Shown here piece by piece: positions 43,001 to 56,676 of a DNA stretch of 64,000 nt. The stretch comes from Paragordius varius (taxonomy: Eukaryota > Animalia > Nematomorpha). Within the stretch, counting starts at the first letter, position 1. Each line of letters starts with the position of its first letter. The stretch is from positions 10,974,001 to 11,038,000 of the forward strand of contig OZ176052.1 in assembly GCA_964247055.1 (NCBI GenBank), in the 5' to 3' direction. Below the pieces are notes generated by a model that searched no databases, was not told the origin of the DNA, and worked only from the letters and a program-made list of their open reading frames with translations. Both the position numbers and the translations under genes were made by a program.

Positions 43001-46000
43001 CCAAAAGAGATACCGATATCTGTCGCCAATAGATATCGGAATCTAAAAGAGAGGCCAACATCAATCCATAAAATTCAGTAGATATCGGAATCCAAAAGAG
43101 ATTCCAATATCAATCCATAAAATCCAGTAGATATTGGAATCCAAAAGAGACTCCATCATCAATCTATAAAATCCAGTAGATATCGGAATCCAAAAGAGAC
43201 TCCAACATCAATCCATAAAATCCAGTAGATATTGGAATCCAAAAGAGACGCCAACATCAATCCATAAAATCCAGTAGATATCGGAATCCAAAAGAGACTC
43301 CAACATCAATCCATAAAATCCAGTAGATATCGGAATCCAAAAGAGATACCGATATCTGTCGCCAATAGATATCGGAATCCAAAAGAGAGGCCAACATCAA
43401 TCCATAAAATCCAGTCGATATTGGAATCCAAAAGAGACGCCAACATCAATCCATAAAATCCAGTAGATATCGGAATCCAAAAGAGACTCCAATATCAATC
43501 CATAAAATCCAGTAGATATTGGAATCCAAAAAAGACTCCAACATCAATCATAAAATCCATTAGATATCGGAATCCAAAAGAGACTCCAACATCAATCCAT
43601 AAAATCCAGTAGATATTGGAATCCAAAAGAGACTCCAACATCAATCCATAAAATCCAGTAGATATTGGAATCCAAAAAAGACTCCAACATCAATCCATAA
43701 AATCCAGTAGATATCGGAATCGAAAAGAGATACCGATATCCTGTCGCCAATAGATATCGGAATCCAAAAGAGACTTTAACATCAATCCATAAAATCCAGT
43801 AGATATCGGAATCCAAAAAAGACTCCAACATCAATCCATAAAATCCAGTCGATATTGGAATCCAAAAGAGACTCCAACATCAATCCATAAAATCCAGTAG
43901 ATATCGGAATCCAAAAGAGATACCGATATCTGTCGCCAATAGATATCGGAATCCAAAAGAGACGCCAACATCAATCCATAAAATCCAGTAGATATCGGAA
44001 TCCAAAAGAGACTCCAACATCAATCCATAAAATCCGGTAGATATTGGAATCCAAAAGAGACTCCAACATCAATACATAAAATCCAGTAGATATCGGAATC
44101 CAAAAGAGATACCGATATCTGTCGCCAATAGATATCGGAATCCAAAAGAGACGCCAACATCAATCCATAAAATCCAGTAGATATCAGAATCCAGAGACTC
44201 CAACATCAATCCATAAAATCCAGTAGATATCGGAATCCAAAAGAGATACCGATATCTGTCGCCAATAGATATCGGAATCCAAAAGAGACGCCAACATCAA
44301 TCCATAAAATCCAGTAGATATCGGAATCCACAATGGACGCCAACATCAATCCATAAAATCCAGTAGATATCGGAATCCAAAAGAGTTACCGATATCTGTC
44401 GCCAATAGATATCGGAATCCAAAAGAGACGCCAACATCAATCCATAAAATCCAATAGATATCGGAATCCAAAAGAGACTCCAACATCAATTCATAAAATC
44501 CAGTAGATATCGGAATCCAAAAGAGATACCGATATCTGTCGCCAATAGATATCGGAATCCAAAAGAGACGCCAACATCAATCCATAAAATCCAGTAGATA
44601 TCGGAATCCAAAAGAGACTCCAACATCAATCCATAAAATCCAGTAGATATTGGAATCCAAAAAAGACTCCAACATCAATCCATAAAATCCAGTCGATATT
44701 GGAATCCAAAAGAGACTCCAACATCAATCCATAAAATCCAGTAGATATCGGAATCCAAAAGAGATACCGATATCTGTCGCCAATAGATATCGGAATCCAA
44801 AAGAGACGCCAACATCAATCCATAAAATCCAGTAGATATCGGAATCCAAAAGAGATACCGATATCTGTCGCCAATAGATATCGGAATCCAAAAGAGAGGC
44901 CAACATCAATCCATAAAATCCAGTAGATATCGGAATCCAAAAGAGACGCCAACATCAATCCATAAAATCCAGTAGATATCGGAATCCAAAAGAGTTACCG
45001 ATATCTGTCGCCAATAGATATCGGAATCCAAAAGAGACGCCAACATCAATCCATAATCCAGTAGATATCGGAATCCAAAAGAGACTCCAACATCAATTCA
45101 TAAAATCCAGTAGATATTGGAATCCAAAAGAGATACCGATATCTGTCGCCAATAGATATCGGAATCCAAAAGAGACGCCAACATCAATCCATAAAATCCA
45201 GTAGATATCGGAATCCAAAAGAGACTCCAACATCAATCCATAAAATCCAGTAGATATCGGAATCCAAAAGAGATACCGATATCTGTCGCCAATAGATATC
45301 GGAATCCAAAAGAGACGCCAACATCAATCCATAAAATCCAGTAGATATCGGAATCCAAAAGAGACTCCAACATCAATCCATAAAATCCAGTAGATATCGG
45401 AATCCAAAAGAGACTCCAACATCAATCCATAAAATCCAGTAGATATCGGAATCCAAAAGAGATACCGATATCTGTCGCCAATAGATATCGGAATCCAAAA
45501 GAGAGGCCAACATCAATCTATAAAATCCAGTAGATATCGGAATCCAAAAGAGACGCCAACATCAATCCATAAAATCCAGTAGATATCGGAATCCAAAAGA
45601 GACTCCAACATCAATCCATAAAATCCAGTCGATATTGGAATCCAAAAGAGACTCCAACATCAATCATAAAATCCATTAGATATCGGAATCCAAAAGAGAC
45701 TCCAACATCAATCCATAAAATCCAGTAGATATTGGAATCCAAAAGAGACTCCAACATCAATCCATAAAATCCAGTAGATATTGGAATCCAAAAAAGACTC
45801 CAACATCAATCCATAAAATCCAGTCGATATTGGAATCCAAAAGAGACTCCAACATCAATCCATAAAATCCAGTAGATATCGGAATCCAAAAGAGATACCG
45901 ATATCCTGTCGCCAATAGATATCGGAATCCAAAATAGACGCCAACATCAATCCATAAATTCCAGTAGATATCGGAATCCAAAAGAGACTCCAACATCAAT

Positions 46001-49000
46001 CCATAAAATCCAGTAGATATTGGAATCCAAAAGAGACTCCAACATCAATCCATAAAATCCAGTAGATATCGGAATCCAAAAGAGATACCGATATCTGTCG
46101 CCAATAGATATCGGAAGAGACGCCAACATCAATCCATAAAATCCAGTAGATATCGGAATCCAGAGACTCCAACATCATTCCATAAAATCCAGTAGATATC
46201 GGAATCCAAAAGAGATACCGATATCTGTCGCCAATAGATATCGGAATCTAAAAGAGACGCCAACATCAATCCATAAAATCCAGTAGATATCGGAATCCAA
46301 AAGAGACGCCAACATCAATCCATAAAATCCAGTAGATATCGGAATCCAAAAGAGTTACCGATATCTGTCGCCAATAGATATCGGAATCGAAAAGAGACGC
46401 CAACATCAATCCATAAAATCCAGTAGATATCGGAATCCAAAAGAGACTCCAACATCAATTCATAAAATCCAGTAGATATCGGAATCCAAAAGAGATACCG
46501 ATATCTGTCGCCAATAGATATCGGAATCCAAAAGAGACGCCAACATCAATCATAAAATCCATTAGATATCGGAATCCAAAAGAGTTACCGATATCTGTCG
46601 CCAATAGATATCGGAATCCAAAAGAGACGCCAACATCAATCCATAAAATCCAGTAGATATCGGAATCCAAAAGAGACTCCAACATCAATCCATAAAATCC
46701 AGTAGATATCGGAATCCAAAAGAGATACCGATATCTGTCGCCAATAGATATCGGAATCCAAAAGAGACGCCAACATCAATCCATAAAATCCAGTAGATAT
46801 CGGAATCCAAAAGAGACTCCAACATCAATCCATATAATCCAGTAGATATTGGAATCCAAAAGAGACTCCAACATCAATCCATAAAATCCAGTAGATATTG
46901 GAATCCAAAAAAACTCCAACATCAATCCATAAAATCCAGTCGATATTGGAATCCAAAAGAGACTCCAACATCAATCCATAAAATCCAGTAGATATCGGAA
47001 TCCAAAAGAGATACCGATATCCTGTCGCCAATAGATATCGGAATCCAAAAGAGACGCCAACATCAATCCATAAAATCCAGTAGTTATTGGAATCCAAAAG
47101 AGACTCCAACATCAATCCATAAAATCCAGTAGATATTGGAATCCAAAAGAGACTCCAACATCAATCCATGAAATCCAGTAGATATCGGAATCCAAAAGAG
47201 ATACCGATATCTGTCGCCAATAGATATCGGAATCCAAAAGAGACGCCAACATCAATCCATAAAATCCAGTAGATATCGGAATCCAGAGACTCCAACATCA
47301 ATCCATAAAATCCAGTAGATATCGGAATCCAAAAGAGATACCGATATCTGTCGCCAATAGATATCGGAATCCAAAAGAGACGCCAACATCAATCCATAAA
47401 ATCCAGTAGATATCGGAATCCAAAAGAGACTCCAACATCAATTCATAAAATCCAGTAGATATCGGAATCCAAAAGAGATACCGATATCTGTCGCCAATAG
47501 ATATCGGAATCCAAAAGAGACGCCAACATCAATCCATAAAATCCAGTAGATATCGGAATCCAAAAGAGACTCCAACATCAATTCATAAAATCCAGTAGAT
47601 ATCGGAATCCAAAAGAGATACCGATATCTGTCGCCAATAGATATCGGAATCCAAAAGAGACGCCAACATCAATCCATAAAATCCAGTAGATATCGAAATC
47701 CAAAAGAGACTCCAACATCAATCCATAAAATCCAGTAGATATCGAAATCCAAAAGAGATACCGATATCCTGTCGCCAATAGATATCGGAATCCAAAAGAG
47801 ACGCCAACATCAATCCATAAAATCCAGTAGATATTGGAATCCAAAAAAGACTCCAACATCAATCCATAAAATCCAGTAGATATCGGAATCGAAAAGAGAT
47901 ACCGATATCCTGTCGCCACGAAATCCAAAAGATACTTTAACATCAATCCATAAAATCCAGTAGATATCGGAATCCAAAAGAGATACCGATATCTGTCGCC
48001 AATAGATATCGGAATCCAAAAGAGACTCCAACATCAATCCATAAAATCCAGTCGATATTGGAATCCAAAAGAGACTCCAACATCAATCCATAAAATCCAG
48101 TCGATATTGGAATCCAAAAGAGACTCCAACATCAATCCATAAAATCCAGTAGATATCGGAATCCAAAAGAGACTCCAACATCAATCCATAAAATCCAGTA
48201 GATATCGGAATCCAAAAGAGATACCGATATCTGTCGCCAATAGATATCGGAATCTAAAAGAGAGGCCAACATCAATCCATAAAATCCAGTCGATATTGGA
48301 ATCCAAAAGAGACGCCAACATCAATCCATAAAATCCAATAGATATCGGAATCCAAAAGAGACTCCAATATCAATCCATAAAATCCAGTAGATATCGGAAT
48401 CCAAAAGAGACTCCAATATCAATCCATAAAATCCAGTAGATATCGGAATCCAAAAGAGACTCCAACATCAATCTATAAAATCCAGTAGATATCGGAATCC
48501 AAAAGAGACTCCAACATCAATCCATAAAATCCAGTAGATATTGGAATCCAAAAGAGACTCCATCATCAATCTATAAAATCCAGTAGATATCGGAATCCAA
48601 AAGACACTCCAACATCAATCCATAAAATCCAGTAGATATTGGAATAAAAAAGAGACGCCAACATCAATCCATAAAATCCAGTAGATATCGGAATCCAAAA
48701 GAGACTCCAACATCAATCCATAAAATCCAGTAGATATCGGAATCCAAAAGAGATACCGATATCTGTCGCCAATAGATATCGGAACCCAAAAGAGAGGCCA
48801 ACATCAATCCATAAAATCCAGTCGATATTGGAATCCAAAAGAGACGCCAACATCAATCCATAAAATCCAGTAGATATCGGAATCCAAAAGAGACGCCAAC
48901 ATCAATCCATAAAATCCAGTAGATATCGGAATCCAAAAGAGATACCGATATCTGTCGCCAATAGATATCGGAATCCAAAAGAGACTCCAATATCAATCCA

Positions 49001-51452
49001 TAAAATCCAGTAGATATTGGAATCCAAAAGAGACGCCAACATCAATCCATAAAATCCAGTAGATATCGGAATCCAAAAGAGACTCCAACATCAATCCATA
49101 AAATCCAGTAGATATCGGAATCCAAAAGAGATACCGATATCTGTCGCCAATAGATATCGGAATCCAAAAGAGACGCCAACATCAATCCATAAAATCCATT
49201 AGATATCGGAATCCAAAAGAGACTCCAACATCAATCCATAAAATCCAGTAGATATCGGAATCCAAAAGAGATACCGATATCTGTCGCCAATAGATATCGG
49301 AATCTAAAAGAGAGGCCAACATCAATCCATAAAATTCAGTAGATATCGGAATCCAAAAGAGATTCCAATATCAATCCATAAAATCCAGTAGATATCGGAA
49401 TCCAAAAGAGACTCCAATATCAATCCATAAAATCCAGTAGATATCGGAATCCAAAAGAGACTTTAACATCAATCTATAAAATCCAGTAGATATCGGAATC
49501 CAAAAGAGACTCCAACATCAATCCATAAAATCCAGTAGATATTGGAATCCAAAAGAGACTCCATCATCAATCTATAAAATCCAGTAGATATCGGAATCCA
49601 AAAGAGACTCCAACATCAATCCATAAAATCCAGTAGATATTGGAATCCAAAAGAGACGCCAACATCAATCCATAAAATCCAGTAGATATCGGAATCCAAA
49701 AGAGACTCCAACATCAATCCATAAAATCCAGTAGATATCGGAATCCAAAAGAGATACCGATATCTGTCGCCAATAGATATCGGAATCCAAAAGAGAGGCC
49801 AACATCAATCCATAAAATCCAGTCGATATTGGAATCCAAAAGAGACGCCAACATCAATCCATAAAATCCAGTAGATATCGGAATCCAAAAGAGACTCCAA
49901 TATCAATCCATAAAATCCAGTAGATATTGGAATCCAAAAAAGACTCCAACATCAATCATAAAATCCATTAGATATCGGAATCCAAAAGAGACTCCAACAT
50001 CAATCCATAAAATCCAGTAGATATTGGAATCCAAAAGAGACTCCAACATCAATCCATAAAATCCAGTAGATATTGGAATCCAAAAAAGACTCCAACATCA
50101 ATCCATAAAATCCAGTAGATATCGGAATCGAAAAGAGATACCGATATCCTGTCGCCAATAGATATCGGAATCCAAAAGAGACTTTAACATCAATCCATAA
50201 AATCCAGTAGATATCGGAATCCAAAAGAGATACCGATATCATGTCGCCAATATATATCGGAATCCAAAAGAAACTCCAACATCAATCCATAAAATCCAGT
50301 AGATATTGGAATCCAAAAGAGACTCCAACATCAATCCATAAAATCCAGTAGATAATGGAATCTAAAAGAGATACCGATATCCTGTCGCCAATAGATATCG
50401 GAATCCAAAAGAGACTTTAACATCAATCCATAAAATCCAGTAGATATCGGAATCCAAAAGAGATACCGATATCATGTCGCCAATAGATATCGGAATCCAA
50501 AATAGACTCCAACATCAATCCATAAAATCCATAAATATTGGAATAAAAAAGACACTCCAACATCAATCCATAAAATCCAGTAGATATCGGAATCCAAAAG
50601 AGACTCCAACATCAATCTATAAAATCCAGTAGATATCGGAATCCAAAAGAGACTCCAACATCAATCCATAAAATCCAGTAGATATTGGAATCCAAAAGAG
50701 ACTCCATCATCAATCTATAAAATCCAGTAGATATCGGAATCCAAAAGAGACTCCAACATCAATCCATAAAATCCAGTAGATATTGGAATCCAAAAGAGAC
50801 GCCAACATCAATCCATAAAATCCAGTAGATATCGGAATCCAAAAGAGACTCCAACATCAATCCATAAAATCCAGTAGATATCGGAATCCAAAAGAGATAC
50901 CGATATCTGTCGCCAATAGATATCGGAATCCAAAAGAGAGGCCAACATCAATCCATAAAATCCAGTAGATATTGGAATCCAAAAGAGACGCCAACATCAA
51001 TCTATAAAATCCAGTAGATATCGGAATCCAAAAGAGACTCCAACATCAATCCATAAAATCCAGTAGATATTGGAATCCAAAAGAGACGCCAACATCAATC
51101 CATAAAATCCAGTAGATATCGGAATCCAAAAGAGACTCCAACATCAATCCATAAAATCCAGTAGATATCGGAATCCAAAAGAGATACCGATATCTGTCGC
51201 CAATAGATATCGGAATCCAAAAGAGAGGCCAACATCAATCCATAAAATCCAGTAGATATTGGAATCCAAAAGAGACGCCAACATCAATCCATAAAATCCA
51301 GTAGATATCGGAATCCAAAAGAGACTCCAACATCAATCCATAAAATCCAGTAGATATCGGAATCCAAAAGAGATACCGATATCCTGTCGCCAATAGATAT
51401 CAGAATCCAAAAGGGATTTTAATGCATAAAATCTAATAGATATCGGGATCCC
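34021..51452. repeat. Satellite array, ~17.4 kb, of two interspersed monomers (A 49 bp, B 42-43 bp) sharing a 23 bp core
   Basis: Core TAGATATCGGAATCCAAAAGAGA, followed by either CTCCAACATCAATCCATAAAATCCAG (A) or TACCGATATCTGTCGCCAA (B). Head-to-tail throughout. Degenerate edges at about 34021-34107 and 51412-51452. Confidence 0.97.
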
Positions 51453-53155
51453 AAGTCTTATATCATTATTTTCATATAAAGTATTCAAAAGGATAATACC
51501 CAATACATTCGGGATAATGAAACATAATTATGTCTCACATAAATTTCCACAAATTTTAGGAACTAGGATTTTATTTATCCCACTCCCTTAAATTAAAACA
51601 TTATAAATTTCTAACTATAAAAACATTACGGATTTCTAAATTTAAAACAAAAACAAAAGCATTACCATTAATAAATTTGTATATGTCAAATTTTAACAAC
51701 ATTAATTTTTAATATGATTGTTAAAATTCTAATTATACCTAACAATCAATTTTTAAACCTCTTTTTTATATTTAATGAAATTTGATATTAAGCTTATATA
51801 GTCCAAACTTAAAAAGTTATAAAACATTAATGGTAATCAGATAGTAATAATTATTTTTGACAAGGGAAAATAACTGAAAATATATTTCCATTGTTATATA
51901 TTACAATTAATTTTTTAATCAAAACAATATTTAAACAATAAATTTTTATGTAATCTTTGGAAAACTTGATTTGAATGCGCTTGTTTGAATTGAAAACCAT
52001 TTGCGCGTTTAAATTAATAAAAGTTTGAGAAAAAATTAAAATATATTTTGAAACTATTGTGATAATCGGCCTTTTACCTTTTGATAGATTGAATAAAGAT
52101 AACCCTCCTATGGTATAAAACAGGTGTATCAATTACAAATGGCCTGCCGGGGCACATTTTTAGCCTAAAAAATCCGCACGTCGTATTGGAAAAATATAAC
52201 GAATGGACATCAATAATTAATTTATATTTCACATGATACATATTAATTATTTTAATTTTTATTTATTCCGTTAGCAAAATTTGAAAAGATATCTTATTTA
52301 CCTAAATTTTTAAATAGCAAGGTGTTATCTTGAATAAAAATGAATGATATTTTTTTAATTTCATAGTCCTTTGTAATTTGGTAAGATATTGACTACTTCA
52401 TCTCTTTTCAAAATCAATTATAAATTTGAAAAATGACTAACTTAACAGGAGTGGGCTGATATGGATATTGTTTTGGTTAAAATATAGTTTATATATGATT
52501 TAACGTAAAAATTTCGTTTAATATATTTGTTAATATTTCATTTTTAATATGCAATTATCGTAAAAGTGGTTTTATGTTTTTAAATGACTCATAGGTAAGG
52601 TGACCAGACGTCCCGCTTTTGGCGGGACAGTCCCGCTTTTTCACACTTTGTCCCGCTTTCTGCTACGTTTTTAAATGTCCCGCTTTTTCACGATTATATA
52701 AAAAAAAATTTTTTTAATACAAATAAATTTTTTTTGTCCGTTTAAATTTTTTATCATTAAATATCTTTAAAATCTATTCAATTTTAAATTAAATTTTTTT
52801 ATTTTAAATTTAAAATATTTATTTTTTTCGAATTTATATCATATGATTATACACTATACTTCCTACTACTACTGTCATTATTATCAAAAAGCCAAGTTAA
52901 TACCACAAATCTCTAGATTAAAAGACAAATTGATACCACAAATCGGTACCTTACACGTTTATTTCACAAAATTAAGGTAATATAATATTTATTATATTAA
53001 TATTTTAGTTTTATTACTTGCCAACATTATTAAAAAGCCAAATTAATACCACAAATTGGTAGCTTAAAAGACAAATTGATACCACAAATCGGTACCTTTT
53101 ATCACAGAAAATTAAGGTAATATAATATTTATTATACTAATAGTAGTTTATAAAT

Positions 53156-55008
53156 ATGAGCACAAAAAGAGGTTGTAAACGATGAATTAATGAAGGATTT
53201 TCCTTTTATTAAAAAAACGAAGAATGAATCATTTGTTAAATGTCTTATATGCGAGGGGGAATTCACCCTAGCACATGGCGGCAAGCATGATATTACAAAG
53301 CATATGGAAACACATAAACATAAAAAATGTTTAGATATGGCGGCATCGTCTTACAAAATTAGCGATTTTTTTGAAAAACCGCTTTTGGAGAGGAAGAAAA
53401 GAATTTGGCACTAGCTGAGTGCGTGTTATCTTTTCACGCCGTTAATCACAATCATTCCTTTAGATCTATGGACTGTACCTCACAAGTTATTCGCACGTTA
53501 TTCCATAAAAAATTTACATGTGCCCGTACAAAGGCTGAAGCCATTGTGTGCAATGTCCTTTCGCCACATATATTTTCTGAAATACAAAAAGATTTGCTGA
53601 AAATTTATTCCATATCGCTATACTCTGATGCATCAAATCACCATGAAACAAAATTATTTCCCACTTTGATGAGATATTTTGATTCAGAAACCGGAGTAAA
53701 AATTAAAATTTTAGATTTAATTTCCCTACCCGGTGAAAATTCCGAAATAATATTTACTTCAATAATGCAAAAAAATAATTTAAAATACAAAATTATCGTA
53801 TATTGCGCTGACAACACCAATATGAACTTTGGTGGAAAAGCAAGGAGAGGAACAAAAAAATATTTTTCATAAATTAACAGATAATCTTAATCAAAACATT
53901 ATTGGCGTTGGGTGTGCAGCGCATATAATACACAAAGCTATTCAAACACCTGCTGATTTGTTACCCCTAGATGTGGAAAATGTAGTTGTTAAGGTATATT
54001 CTTATTTTTATATATACGGTACGTGTTGAAACGCTTAAAGAATTCTGTGAAAATGCAGAAGTTCAATATCAAAAAATGCTTGGATATTGTAAAACTCGTT
54101 GGTTAGCTTTTATGCCAGCTATAGAAAGAGTTTTAAAACTGTATGACCCTTTAAAATCTTTTTTATCACAGGACAAATGTCCTACAACTTTAAAAAAGTT
54201 TTTTGAAAGTGATTCTTCAAAAATATGGTTAGAATTCTTACATAATCAAGCTTCTCTCTTTCAAAATGTTATTAAATTTATAGAAGGTGACAAAATTTCG
54301 ACAATCGAAGTAGCCAATGACGTTAGTAACCTAAAATTCCAATGTCAAGAACGGTTAGAAAATAATTTTATACCATTAACCATCCGCAATATAATAAATA
54401 ATTAGAAAAACAAGGCTTAATAAATCGCCAAGATATCCTGTACCATATAAAAATGTTTTATACAAACTGTAAAGATTATTTGGAAGACTGGACGCAATTC
54501 AATGAAATTGATCATTTTCATTGGATAACATTAAAATCAGAATTTAATTGGTGCGATGTTCAAAAATCATTTGATTATATCTGTTCTCATAAATTCTCAA
54601 AATGTAATCTTTCAGAAAATGATCTTTTTTTCTGAAGAATCATTAGTTAAAATATATAAATTATGAAAAAATTAAATTATGGACAAAAGAAAATATACAG
54701 TAGAAAAGAAATGGTTGGAAATATTTCATCATTTGAAGCCAACTATATTACATACAATAATATTTTAAAAATTGTGGAATTCGCATTATCTTTACCTGGA
54801 ACCAACGCTGCTACTGAGCGCGTTTTTTTCCACAGTAAATCAGGTGTGGACATCTGAAAAATCAAATTTAAATGTTGAAACTTTAAAGGCCGTTTTATCT
54901 GTCAAATATAATTTGACAAATTCTTGTGAAGACTTCTACAATATTTTAAAAAATGATGACAATCTGCTAAAACGCATTCACTCAAACAAAAAATATACCA
55001 AAGAATAA
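53156..55008 (+). pseudogene. Frameshifted hAT transposase
   Basis: Overlapping ORF fragments give a BED-type zinc finger (CLIC...HMETHKH), YSDASN, YCADNTNMNFGG, GVGCAAHIIH, KTRWLAF and the hATC dimerisation motif LSLPGTNAATERVF. Several frameshifts and stops. Confidence 0.9.
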
Positions 55009-55053
55009 AATATTTTCTTTAAAGTTTTTGTGTAAAAAAATAAACAAAATCAC

Positions 55054-55878
55054 TTAAAATATTGTATAAGTCTTTATAATTTGTCAAATTATATTTGAAC
55101 ACACAAAATGGCTTTTATTCAATATTTAAATTTGATTCCGTGTCCTTACTTAATTTACTGTGGAAAAACGCGTTCAATAGCAGTGGTTCAGGTAAAGATA
55201 ATGCAAATTCTACAATTAAAATAATATTGTATGGAACATAATTTGTTTAAAAATGATTATTTTAACCATTTCTATCCTACGTATTTTTTCTGTTGTCCAT
55301 AATATAAGTTTTCATTCAATATATTTATTTAATAATGAAACTTCATAAAAAAGTGTCATTGTGCACCGTCTTGACTTCCAAATAATCGTTTCTGTTTGTA
55401 TAAAACATTTTTATATTCTGGCTATTCATTGAGCCTCGTTTTTCTAGATGCTTTATAATATTGCGATTAGGTAATGGTATAAAATTATTTTCTAACCTTT
55501 TTTGACTTGGATTTTTGACCTTTGTCCTGTGATAAAAAATAGGATTCTAGGAGATCACATTTTTAGAAATATTTCAATCGCTGGCAAAAGAGCTAACCAA
55601 CAGTTCTACAATATCCAAGCATTTTAACATCTATATTTTCCACATCCAGGGGTAACAAATCAGTAGCTGTTTGATTAGCGTTGTGTATCTTCCAATAATG
55701 TTTCGATTAGGATTATTCGCTAAATTGTTAAAAATATTTTTTGTGCCGCTTCTTGCATCACCCAGCGCACTTTGTGATCTCGTCTTTATTATTTTTTTCT
55801 AGAATATTACAATCACTCACCCTTTGTTCGTGCACATGTAAATTTATTGAATAGAGTACAAACAACCTGTAAGGTACA
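55054..55878 (-). pseudogene. Inverted, internally deleted, diverged copy of the same transposase gene (matches about 53474-54949)
   Basis: The reverse complement aligns in colinear blocks to the transposase. For example 55624-55679 vs 53937-53992 matches at 50 of 56 positions by eye; further blocks match 53474-53550, 54075-54180, 54345-54500 and 54620-54949. Confidence 0.88.
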
Positions 55879-56119
55879 AATTTTTTTATATTTATAATGT
55901 ATTTGTGTTAAAAATAAATAAATATTACAATAAATTTTTTGTATAAAAATTTTTGGTTGTACCCCTCAATGACCCCCCCCCTTCTCAGATTTGTCCCGCT
56001 TTATCCTTCAAAAAATCTGGTCACCTTACTCATAGGGCCCAAAACTAACCTGATCTTAATGCCATGTTTTTTTGTTAAGCTAACTAAAAAATATGTGATA
56101 AAAAAATAATTTTAATTTA

Positions 56120-56550
56120 TATCATTTGCACTTCAAGAGTGTTTTTGAACACTTTAAGTTGGTCCTTTGACTTTTTTGTTTTGTTTTTAATTTTGATCTA
56201 ATCGTAAATTATTAATCTATTTTATCGTTTTTAACATATTTTCTATTATTTTACATAAATTTTAAATCAATATCTACATAATCATTCGTATATCTTTATT
56301 AATATCTTAAAATTATTTCGGATATTTATAAGATTTTACGTAATTAAAAAATAGTTTGAATTAAAAAAGTGGTTTTTGAATAAAAAATTTTATTTTTAAA
56401 TCATTAAATATATAATAAATAAAGAAAATTAGGTTAAAAAATAAAAAAACATGCAAAAATTATGGTTAAATCAAAATTTTAAAATTTTAAAGACCAAAGT
56501 GTTCAACGACCAACTAGAAATGTTCAAGGCACTTGAAGTGCAAATTGTAT
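56120..56550. mobile_element. Probable old MITE with ~50 bp imperfect TIRs; related sequence at 33590-33690
   Basis: The reverse complement of 56121-56170 (ggaccaacttaaagtgttcaaaaacactcttgaagtgcaaat) resembles 56505-56550 (gaccaactagaaatgttcaaggcacttgaagtgcaaat) and 33645-33680. No TSD seen. Confidence 0.45.
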
Positions 56551-56676
56551 AATGGATTCATTACTTTGACAGCATTTTTATAAAATACCATTTGTAAATG
56601 TATAAAACTGAAGTTATTAATCATTAGACTGTAAGAGGTGCTATAAAATAAATTCCATGGTTTATTATTTGACTAA

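Larger units (their letters stand above)
52596..56028 (+). mobile_element. hAT DNA transposon, Blackjack-like, 3433 bp, full-length ends
   Basis: 13 bp TIR TAAGGTGACCAGA / TCTGGTCACCTTA. 8 bp TSD CTCATAGG at 52588-52595 and 56029-56036. GTCCCGC subterminal motifs. Transposase remnant inside. Confidence 0.94.

Noticed and set aside
36779-50242. Many 60-120 aa ORFs (MMLESLLDSDIYW...) in the array
   Set aside because: By-products of the repeat: monomer lengths of 49 and 42-43 shift frame constantly, and there are no splice signals or protein features.
34108-51412. CRISPR-like repeat-spacer appearance
   Set aside because: The intervening segments are only two recurring sequences rather than unique spacers, no cas genes are present, and the context is eukaryotic.
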